Shown: piece after piece, positions 7,715-15,190 of the stretch
Layout: every line of letters starts with the position of its first letter
How positions within the stretch are numbered: position 1 is the stretch's first letter
Virus record (IMG/VR): IMGVR_UViG_3300027996_003878
Strand: one strand, 5' to 3'
DNA: 64,000 nucleotides
Source of the DNA: a virus
Lineage: Duplodnaviria; Caudoviricetes
Position numbers and translations under genes: made by a program
Notes under the pieces: model-generated
What the model saw: the letters and a program-made list of their open reading frames with translations, nothing else
Database searches by the model: none
Told to the model about the DNA's origin: nothing

Positions 7715-9562
7715 TTAGCTAATTTCGACAGTTGCCTTAACAGCGAGCATAACGTCGTAGTTACCATCGCCATCCGCAGCGCTTGTCATACAAACACCAA
7801 GCTCAGCAACATACTCGCCAGCAGCACTCGGCGCTGTTGTTGTTGCATTACCAGCGTTAACGAGTCCGCCGTCCATATAGACAAGGTCACCAGCTGAAGG
7901 AGCGGCTGTAAAGGCCATCGGAGCAACACCGCTAACAATAGCCTCGCCAGATGCGTCAGATGTCTTGCAGACACCGCCAAAGACGGAGCTTGAAGCGCCT
8001 GAATTATCAGCAGCAGCAAGCGTCTTATTAGCAGAGTAATAACCAAGCTCACCAACACTAAGTGCTGACGTGTCAATTCCAGGAGCAACAACCTGAGCTA
8101 CAGACTCAACTGCGCTACCCATATCGGTCCAAGAACCGTTGATGTAGCCCAACATTTGGCTTGTGCCCGTATCATAAATGATCATACCATTTGTAGGCGC
8201 TGCGATTGATGCATTTGTGGTCTGTGTGACCTGCGGGGCCTTGTCGGGCTGTTGGTTCAAGATAAGAGCGTCACCTGCATGCTGGAAATCAGCAATATCG
8301 CCACCTGAGTTGATCATCAAGATAGAGTAACCATCGCGAACAACAGTAAGTCCAGCTGAAATTTGACCACTAAAGTAGTTAACACCAGAGCCAGACTGAG
8401 TCATGCTGGGGTTTGTGCCTGAAACGTCAAATGTGTAGCCGAGGAAGCTTGTTGAGTTAATTGCAGCCAAAACACCACCATCAACATAGAGGCCAGAGCC
8501 GCTTGCTTGAGCGTAGGTGCTTGAGTAGAAGTTGCCAGTAACAGTCGTATCGCCGGCAAGTGTGTTAGCACCAAGAGCGCTCTGAGTGATACCGCCAGTA
8601 GCGTTATCAAAAACGATTGTAGCGCCCGTAGCGTCGGTGAATGTATAATCGCCGCCTTGGTGGGTGCTAGCGCCAGTGACATCAAGACCGCCATCAGCAT
8701 CAAGATTACCAGCTAAGGTCACCTGAGCAGCTGTTGACTGTGTGATTGCGCCAGTGGCTTGAGCGATTGTAAAAGCGCCGCCTGTAGCGTCAGTCATTGT
8801 GAAATCAGCGCCTGAGACATCAAGACCGCCATCAGCATCAAGATTACCGCCAAGCGTGACTTGGGCTGTACCTGTCTGCGTCATCGTGGCATCTGCCTCT
8901 GTGATTCTAAAGACACTTCCATCAGTAGCCGTGAACAAGAAGTCACCACCAGTGATGTCAACACCGTCTTGCGCGTCAACGTTACCAGAAAGTGTGACCT
9001 GCGCGCCACCTGTTTGTGTAAGGGCGCCAGCCATTGTTGTTGCGCCGGTTACATCAAGACCACCATCGGCATCAAGATTGCCAGAAAGTGTGACCTGAGC
9101 GCCACCAATCTGATCAACTTGACCAGTTAAGGTTGTAGCGCCAGTGACATCAAGACCTTGATTAGCATCAAGGTTACCGTCGAAGTCTGCTTGACCTGAA
9201 CCGAAGTTCCACGTCGGGTTGCCCGTAGCAGTAACGTTACCAGCAGCATAATCTGTGGTAGCGTTGATTGTCAAAGTATCAGCAGCTGCATCACCAAGGG
9301 TGATATTGCCTTGAAAATCTGCATCACTTTCAAAAGTGCTGTTACCAATAACAGTCTCTGTACCATCAATTCTAAGGTCACCCTTGATTGTGGTAAGAAC
9401 ACCGACAGAGCCGATGTCAATTGAAGTTGCCGTTGAGGCACCAAGTAAAAGTGAACCAGCCTGATCTGTATCAAGACCAGCAGCCTGTTGTACTTCGAGT
9501 ACTGAACCACTCGGGAGCTGTTGAATTCTACCCGAAATGGATAATAAAGGTAAATTAGCCAT
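7715..9562 (-). CDS. G/A/T-rich repetitive fibre or decoration protein with a C-terminal DUF2190/cement-like domain
   Basis: About five internal repeats of AQVTL[SGA]GN[LV]DADGG[LV]D[VI][TS]G. AGGAG SD. C-terminal domain resembles that of 9949..11595. Confidence 0.65.
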   Translation of the reverse strand: MANLPLLSISGRIQQLPSGSVLEVQQAAGLDTDQAGSLLLGASTATSIDIGSVGVLTTIKGDLRIDGTETVIGNSTFESDADFQGNITLGDAAADTLTINATTDYAAGNVTATGNPTWNFGSGQADFDGNLDANQGLDVTGATTLTGQVDQIGGAQVTLSGNLDADGGLDVTGATTMAGALTQTGGAQVTLSGNVDAQDGVDITGGDFLFTATDGSVFRITEADATMTQTGTAQVTLGGNLDADGGLDVSGADFTMTDATGGAFTIAQATGAITQSTAAQVTLAGNLDADGGLDVTGASTHQGGDYTFTDATGATIVFDNATGGITQSALGANTLAGDTTVTGNFYSSTYAQASGSGLYVDGGVLAAINSTSFLGYTFDVSGTNPSMTQSGSGVNYFSGQISAGLTVVRDGYSILMINSGGDIADFQHAGDALILNQQPDKAPQVTQTTNASIAAPTNGMIIYDTGTSQMLGYINGSWTDMGSAVESVAQVVAPGIDTSALSVGELGYYSANKTLAAADNSGASSSVFGGVCKTSDASGEAIVSGVAPMAFTAAPSAGDLVYMDGGLVNAGNATTTAPSAAGEYVAELGVCMTSAADGDGNYDVMLAVKATVEIS

Positions 9563-9621
9563 AATATTCTCCTAATTAAAAAAATGTGTATATTTTATCT
9601 TAATTACGTTAACGTTCGTTT

Positions 9622-9693
9622 TAATCTTACTAATCTTACTAATCTTACTAATCTTACTAATCTTACTAATTTTACTAATTTTACTTAATCTTA
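9622..9693. repeat. 9-bp tandem repeat (TAATCTTAC)n
   Basis: Five perfect copies at 9622-9666, two TAATTTTAC variants at 9667-9684, then one degenerate copy. Confidence 0.95.
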
Positions 9694-9927
9694 AACTTCT
9701 TCATAACGGATATCAGCTCTTAAGCAGCGAATTGATCTTTCATCCGTAAAGTCATAAGGTACACCGTCTTTTGAGATAACGTCACCGGCTTTCCATCCCG
9801 AGGCATCAGGAGCAGGAAACTCCTCCATTCTGCCGTCTTTCATCGGGACCCTGATCATCAATGTTTGGCCCATTTGCTTAACCAAACCAGGTCTCGGTGG
9901 CTCTCCCAAATACTTAAATTGAGCCAT
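9691..9927 (-). CDS. Hypothetical protein
   Basis: 78 aa with a clear AAGGAG SD. Confidence 0.75.
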   Translation of the reverse strand: MAQFKYLGEPPRPGLVKQMGQTLMIRVPMKDGRMEEFPAPDASGWKAGDVISKDGVPYDFTDERSIRCLRADIRYEEV

Positions 9928-9948
9928 ATTTTCTCCTTTTTTTTACAA

Positions 9949-11595
9949 TCATGATAATATCACAAAATCTTGATCAACCATCACAATTAATGTTGTATTG
10001 TCTTTCGCAACGCCTATCTTTTGCACTACCGAACCCGCGCTTGCAGGCGCTACATTTGTAATTTGCCCCGATATTTCCGACAAATAGTAAGCTTCACCCG
10101 TAATCAAACCGGGATAGTTTATCTCACCGTAAAACAAAACCTCTGCCGTGGTCGCTGTAGGTTTATTCAAGATTATTCCTATACTGGGATATTTAGTTGG
10201 ATTATTTGCACTAGCCGTACCAACTGAGTTACTTCCGTTAATATATACAGCATATCCATCCAAAACCAAACTTGTACAAGAAAATAAACCAGTTACCTTA
10301 TTTGAAGTTGTGGCTCCACTAGTACCTATAATAGAGGATCCGCTTCTAGTTAATAAATCTCCATCACTAAGAGAATCAATAGCTAAGCTTTGGCCGCCAG
10401 CTTCTGTTAAAGCAACAACGCTTGGATTTGGATATAACCCAGATAAATCGCCTCCGGCAGGGCCATTATTTATTAAACACCTATTAGATGGATCAACTAA
10501 AGCGCCAATATATTGACCACCATATATTTCAGCAGATCCAGTGCCAATGTCTAAACTCAAATTTCCTTGAATATGGCCATTTTCTAGAAAAAAATCAGCA
10601 TATCCATCAACAGTAACATTTCCGCCAATTTGACCTGTCTGCAAATAAAAAATAGACGTATCATTTACAGTCAGATCTCCATTTATAGAAACATTACTGA
10701 GATCTCCTAAACCTACATCTCCATTAAACTCAAGGGATGTCAGCTTAGATATCCCACCGTTTAGGCCATAATTCCCTCCTGCCGGATACCCTTCAGGATC
10801 AGTTGTATCAAATGTAAAGTCGAATAAAGGAGACGTCACTGTAGTAGATGCCAGCCATGCTCCAGAAACATTAAACATAGTAATACCAGAGCCTCCCAGC
10901 CAACATCCGGTATTAAAAGTTATGTAGTTTGTGTTCCTAGCATACATTGCTAAAGCAGCTCCTATTGTTCTAAAATTACAATTAACAAAATTAATTTCTA
11001 CACCGCCAAAATTAGTAGTCACAGGCGATGCGTCCCCCTTAACTCCAATTAATTGGACTGCGGGAGAGGTTCCATCTTGAGGTCGAAAGTCTAAATTTCT
11101 AAATTGATTATCTGATGGTCCGGCAGAGCCGCTATTAACAAGGCCTGAATAAGGCCCGCCGGAAAGATAAGTGTTTAATGATACTGAGGTGGCGTTGCTT
11201 AATACCAAGCAGGAGCCTGTCGTGGCTTTTATCTGACAGAGACCTTGCCCTCCACGCCCAATTAAACCAACACCACTTTTGCTAATAATTAAATTTTCGT
11301 CATATATCCCTGGTGCAATAATAACTGCGGCAGGGTTTGAAGTGCTAGGTGATAAACCGCTTTCAATATCATCAATAGCATACTGAATCGTTTTATATGG
11401 GCTTGAGGAAGTTCCATAGCCAACACCATCAGTGCCGCTGAGATCAACATATCTTGACCTTTCCGGCAATGGCAATGGTGGTAAATCGCTTGGAGGCCTG
11501 GCCTCCCAGCGATTTGTTGCAGCGTCATACGCAACCACGTAGCCATCAGCAGCTCCAAATGGAGGTGCTAATTGTTTAAGTGGGAGTTTTGGCAT
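9949..11595 (-). CDS. Putative fibre protein with a pectin-lyase-like beta-helix region and a C-terminal cement-like domain
   Basis: YVDLSGTDGVGYGTSSSPYKTIQYAID is the typical lead-in to parallel beta-helix domains. G/N-rich repeats, PAGGDLSGLYPNPSV linker, and C-terminal GLITGEAYYLS..VVQKIGVAK. Confidence 0.6.
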   Translation of the reverse strand: MPKLPLKQLAPPFGAADGYVVAYDAATNRWEARPPSDLPPLPLPERSRYVDLSGTDGVGYGTSSSPYKTIQYAIDDIESGLSPSTSNPAAVIIAPGIYDENLIISKSGVGLIGRGGQGLCQIKATTGSCLVLSNATSVSLNTYLSGGPYSGLVNSGSAGPSDNQFRNLDFRPQDGTSPAVQLIGVKGDASPVTTNFGGVEINFVNCNFRTIGAALAMYARNTNYITFNTGCWLGGSGITMFNVSGAWLASTTVTSPLFDFTFDTTDPEGYPAGGNYGLNGGISKLTSLEFNGDVGLGDLSNVSINGDLTVNDTSIFYLQTGQIGGNVTVDGYADFFLENGHIQGNLSLDIGTGSAEIYGGQYIGALVDPSNRCLINNGPAGGDLSGLYPNPSVVALTEAGGQSLAIDSLSDGDLLTRSGSSIIGTSGATTSNKVTGLFSCTSLVLDGYAVYINGSNSVGTASANNPTKYPSIGIILNKPTATTAEVLFYGEINYPGLITGEAYYLSEISGQITNVAPASAGSVVQKIGVAKDNTTLIVMVDQDFVILS

Positions 11596-11736
11596 ACGAA
11601 ATACTTACAAAATAAAACTTTGGTTATGTTAACATGTCCTCCTTTTTATAAATAAATAATAATAGATTGTTACATCTAACTAATTGACACTAAACATTTG
11701 CAAGTGGTTAAAAAAATTAATTTAATTAATTATTAT

Positions 11737-12312
11737 TTAAATGTCATAATTTAAATCAATTACATCAAAAGCATCCAAATCAAAATTTGCATTAACACCG
11801 TTCCAAATTAGCTTATCACCCGCCGCAATGTCTTTGATCTTTTTAGCAGTCAAACCTGAGCTGGTAGCTGAGAAGTAACACTCAGTGTTTTTCAAACCAT
11901 CACCTACAGCCGCCTGAATTCCATTAACCATTACAGTAACATAGCTGTCATTTTTAGGAGTTTCACTTATTTTAATATTTGTATATGATCCATTGCCAGC
12001 CGTCACTGCTGGAGTTAGCGCTTTGTCTTTAATAGTTGGAACGCCTCCTTCCTCAATCGGTGGCGGCATCGGGCCGGGAGTAAGGCTATTAATTTGCAAC
12101 TCCATGTTATCAAGTCTGGCCCTAACAGTCCCCCACTCACGGCTAGGATCTATGCCCAACTCTTTTTCGATATTAATAGTTGCATCCCTCAAACGATTAA
12201 CCACCTCCGCCTTTACAGGCGTAACCAAATCTATAGTAATTGGCAATTCAACAGATGAATCTATTTGATATGGATATTTACTATATTTAGGCAAAATACC
12301 TCCAAAATTCAA
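11737..12312 (-). CDS. Putative structural protein
   Basis: YPYQID..AEVVNRLRDATINIEKELG..TVRARLD followed by a Pro-rich linker and a beta-rich domain. Start codon uncertain (TTG). Confidence 0.5.
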   Translation of the reverse strand: MNFGGILPKYSKYPYQIDSSVELPITIDLVTPVKAEVVNRLRDATINIEKELGIDPSREWGTVRARLDNMELQINSLTPGPMPPPIEEGGVPTIKDKALTPAVTAGNGSYTNIKISETPKNDSYVTVMVNGIQAAVGDGLKNTECYFSATSSGLTAKKIKDIAAGDKLIWNGVNANFDLDAFDVIDLNYDI

Positions 12313-12420
12313 AAGTAAAAGAAATCTATCTCAATGTTAAAAAATTAATAAATAAAAAAATAAAATATTTATATAATATATAATAAATTGTAGATATATG
12401 TTTAATTATGCGTATAAAAA

Positions 12421-12457
12421 AAAATAAGGCCTGAACTTTTAATTCAGGCCTTATTTT
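12421..12457 (-). terminator. Rho-independent terminator
   Basis: AAAATAAGGCCTGAA-CTTTTAA-TTCAGGCCTTATTTT (15-bp arms) with an adjacent A-run that forms the minus-strand U-tract. Confidence 0.85.
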
Positions 12458-12489
12458 GTATTAATATAATTAATAATATAAATTATTAA

Positions 12490-12831
12490 TTATCGAACCA
12501 CCCCCTTAAAAATCTGCTCTAGAGCCGAAGCCGTCACAGTCTTCGGGTTAATTCGATAATAAGTAACTCGCGCATTATTGTTACTTGCCCTCTTATTGAG
12601 ATCATTAGCTGAAGCGCACTCAACCGTGAAGCCGCCATACTGCGGCTTTCTCAAATCTCGCAAGCGAGAGCCTGCGAAGGGAACTCGAAAGGCAGTTCGA
12701 GATACCCAGCCGCCTTTAGCCTTCAGCAAGGAGTGAAGGACACGCTGAGTGTTACTTGTAAGCTTACGTCGATTAATGCTTTCAACAATAGAGGTAACCT
12801 TCTTACTTTTAAATGATGTATTTGTAGTCAT
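12490..12831 (-). CDS. Putative winged-HTH DNA-binding protein
   Basis: RVLHSLLKAKGGWVSRTAF..GSRLRDLRK pattern. AAGGA SD and its own terminator. Confidence 0.55.
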   Translation of the reverse strand: MTTNTSFKSKKVTSIVESINRRKLTSNTQRVLHSLLKAKGGWVSRTAFRVPFAGSRLRDLRKPQYGGFTVECASANDLNKRASNNNARVTYYRINPKTVTASALEQIFKGVVR

Positions 12832-12872
12832 TAGCTACATTCCTTTCTAACTTTATAAAAAGTTTATTTTAT

Positions 12873-12898
12873 AAAAAAATCAAGCCAACATCAGCTTG
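12873..12898 (-). terminator. Weak terminator candidate
   Basis: Minus strand reads CAAGCT-GATGTT-GGCTTG followed by ATTTTTTT. Confidence 0.4.
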
Positions 12899-12913
12899 AA
12901 AATATGATCATTA

Positions 12914-13099
12914 TCAATTCAATAAGCCTAAGCTATTGATAAGTTTTATAAAATCATCTTTCTCTATCTCGACTGAATTGATAATCGTATTTAAATGATT
13001 GGAACCGTCTTTAGCCGACAAGATAACAACAACATTTCCACTGGAATTCAGCTTTAACTCCAGATAATTATCAATATTTTCATCAAAAGTTAATCTCAT
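12914..13099 (-). CDS. Hypothetical protein
   Basis: 61-aa ORF in an operon-like array. Confidence 0.6.
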   Translation of the reverse strand: MRLTFDENIDNYLELKLNSSGNVVVILSAKDGSNHLNTIINSVEIEKDDFIKLINSLGLLN

Positions 13100-13103
13100 T
13101 GAC

Positions 13104-13388
13104 TTAGATCCTTTTAAAAAAGACGGCTTTCTTTAAAAAAACAAACTTATCAGAGACAAAAGCTGATCCTGATATTAATCCACACCCAATCTTATTAACT
13201 ACCTTGTTATCTTTATTTACCAAGACAAAGGCGAGATTGCCAATGGATGTCATTTTGACAATATCAAAATAACTTAAAGCTATCTTTAAGTTATAAAGCG
13301 ACACATCATCGCCATAACACTCTTCAACCAAATTATCAAAGTCGCCAACTTTAATTCCATTATCGAGAATAAAACCATTACTAATCAT
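13104..13388 (-). CDS. Hypothetical protein
   Basis: 94-aa ORF overlapping the map stop. Confidence 0.55.
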   Translation of the reverse strand: MISNGFILDNGIKVGDFDNLVEECYGDDVSLYNLKIALSYFDIVKMTSIGNLAFVLVNKDNKVVNKIGCGLISGSAFVSDKFVFLKKAVFFKRI

Positions 13389-14181
13389 AAGTAATATCCT
13401 CCCATTTAGTCATTACTTCAGTGTAAGTGTCATGAACAAATATTGTATGCTCAAAATGACAAGAGATATCCTTAGTTACAATCGTCCAACCATCGTCCAA
13501 AACTTTAGTCTTATCACTTTTTAAAGATAGCATTGGTTCAATTGCTATTGTTAATCCCTTTTGAATCCTAATACCCTCTTTTGCTTTCGCTTTGTTATAA
13601 ACAAAAGGATGAGCGTGAGGTGTATTAAGCTCCAAACCATGGCCGCCATAATTAGTAATTAAATGATATGGATAACCTCTTACAGTACGATAAATTGTCT
13701 GGCCTATTATTCCTAGCTGCTTACCAACTGCAATCGAATCAATTGCTTTATCTAAGGATTTTTTACATAATTCGAGCATATAAACATGATCTTTTTTTAT
13801 AGGCTCACCGTAGATTGCAGTGATTGCTGCATCCGCTATTACGCCGTCATAAGTTGCCCCTAGATCTATCTTGACAACGTCGCCCTTTTGCAACACATAA
13901 TCACGAGGAATGCCGTGAACCAGTTCATTATTGACTGATGCGCATATAGAGCCTGGAAACCCTTTATAATCTTTAAAGGTGGCAGTGCAATCAAAAGACT
14001 CTATGCATTCAATTGCAAAATTTTCAATATCTAATAAATTCAAATTTGGCGTTGCGCTCTCTATGAGATGCTTTGACTTGGCTAGAATATTGCCTACACA
14101 TTTCCCAGCAATCCGCTGCTTTTGCAGCCAATCGTCATCTTTTAAAGAAATAAATTCATTATTAATAAATAAATCACTCAT
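13381..14181 (-). CDS. map: Methionine aminopeptidase type I
   Basis: All five metal ligands are recognisable: KIDLG (D), IADAAIT (D), GGHGL (H), IAIEPML (E), HFEHTI (E). Confidence 0.93.
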   Translation of the reverse strand: MSDLFINNEFISLKDDDWLQKQRIAGKCVGNILAKSKHLIESATPNLNLLDIENFAIECIESFDCTATFKDYKGFPGSICASVNNELVHGIPRDYVLQKGDVVKIDLGATYDGVIADAAITAIYGEPIKKDHVYMLELCKKSLDKAIDSIAVGKQLGIIGQTIYRTVRGYPYHLITNYGGHGLELNTPHAHPFVYNKAKAKEGIRIQKGLTIAIEPMLSLKSDKTKVLDDGWTIVTKDISCHFEHTIFVHDTYTEVMTKWEDITYD

Positions 14182-14192
14182 AAAGTCTTTTT

Positions 14193-14393
14193 CTATGAAG
14201 AATATTCTTCATCTAATATTTTTAATGACTTACTGATAAACTCCTGATCCAAGGCATTTATAAGCTGTGCCAATCGAGGTACATCATCTTTGAGAACAAG
14301 AGTTCTGGGGCCATTAATTAAAAAATTTAAATGATTTCTAACAGCAACGATAGATGCCAGCTCATCAAACTTACTTTTAGAGGTATTTGCCAC
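14193..14393 (-). CDS. Hypothetical protein
   Basis: 66-aa ORF in an operon-like array. Confidence 0.6.
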   Translation of the reverse strand: MANTSKSKFDELASIVAVRNHLNFLINGPRTLVLKDDVPRLAQLINALDQEFISKSLKILDEEYSS

Positions 14394-14397
14394 AGGA

Positions 14398-14790
14398 TTA
14401 ATCCATCATTCGGCCTAGATTTACAAACGGCACCACCTTTGGCGGTGGAGGCTCAGATTTAGCTTTTGTCGGATTACTCTTGTTCTTAGCGGCATGACTA
14501 TTGGAAGCATCATCTTGGCCGTATTTTATAATCGGCTCACCGCCACCATTCGACTCTTTTTCTTTTTTTATAATTTCCCCTGATGACTCATCTATTGTAT
14601 CATCTAGAGAAAGGCCCTTCTTAATATAGAATTTTAAGATCACATTATTAAATTCTAAATCTGCCTTTTGACTTTCTAATATATATTTTTCCGCTAATAG
14701 CGCTGAAAAAGACTTTTTAATCTTTGAGTCTTTTATTAATTGCAACTCTTTTTCAGATAGAAATTCTTTTTTTGATTCATCACTACTCAT
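14398..14790 (-). CDS. Hypothetical protein
   Basis: 130 aa with a charged N-terminal helix and a low-complexity Pro/Lys C-terminus. Confidence 0.65.
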   Translation of the reverse strand: MSSDESKKEFLSEKELQLIKDSKIKKSFSALLAEKYILESQKADLEFNNVILKFYIKKGLSLDDTIDESSGEIIKKEKESNGGGEPIIKYGQDDASNSHAAKNKSNPTKAKSEPPPPKVVPFVNLGRMMD

Positions 14791-15175
14791 TATTTAAACT
14801 TTCTTGGATTTCACCATCAAATATAGTCCAATAACTTAAGTCTATTTGTATATAAAGTTTTTTAGACTTATCGACTTCAGATTTATCTTCTTTCAAAATG
14901 AAAAATGGCTTTTTCCACTCTGCAATTATTTCTTTTTCAAAGTATATTTTTACTCCGCCATCTCCGTCGTCTTTTACATGAACGTCATATTTTCTTAGCG
15001 CTTTCCTAAGTTTAATTTTGTGGTCTGTGGTAAAATACTCCACGCCCTCTTCTTCTGGAAAGCATTCTTCCAGAGGAATTTCTAGAACTTCTAAGACGCC
15101 CCGAATAAAATTATATTTTTCGTCAGCTTCTACCCGCCTTGCATCTTCTCTGTTTACATAAATTGAGAATTCCAC
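14783..15175 (-). CDS. Hypothetical protein
   Basis: 130-aa ORF immediately downstream of the RNR gene. Confidence 0.7.
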   Translation of the reverse strand: MEFSIYVNREDARRVEADEKYNFIRGVLEVLEIPLEECFPEEEGVEYFTTDHKIKLRKALRKYDVHVKDDGDGGVKIYFEKEIIAEWKKPFFILKEDKSEVDKSKKLYIQIDLSYWTIFDGEIQESLNNE

Positions 15176-15190
15176 TTTTATTTAAATCAA

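Noticed and set aside
7786-9510. Same-strand alternative-frame ORFs within the 615-aa fibre gene (7786..8091, 8401..8703, 9271..9510)
   Set aside because: L/A-rich translations arise from the codon bias of the repetitive Gly/Ala/Thr gene. No start signals.
7715-9562. GC-rich segment as a horizontally acquired island or a DGR target
   Set aside because: The GC shift is explained by Gly/Ala/Thr content and codon bias. No reverse transcriptase or TR/VR pair with A-specific mismatches was seen.
9622-9693. CRISPR array
   Set aside because: Contiguous 9-bp units without unique spacers, and no cas genes.
11621-11645. AGGAGG followed by the mini-ORF ATG TTA ACA TAA and the palindrome ATGTTAACAT upstream of the fibre gene
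   Set aside because: The SD-ATG spacing of 2 nt is too short for initiation, and a 10-bp AT-rich palindrome is expected by chance.
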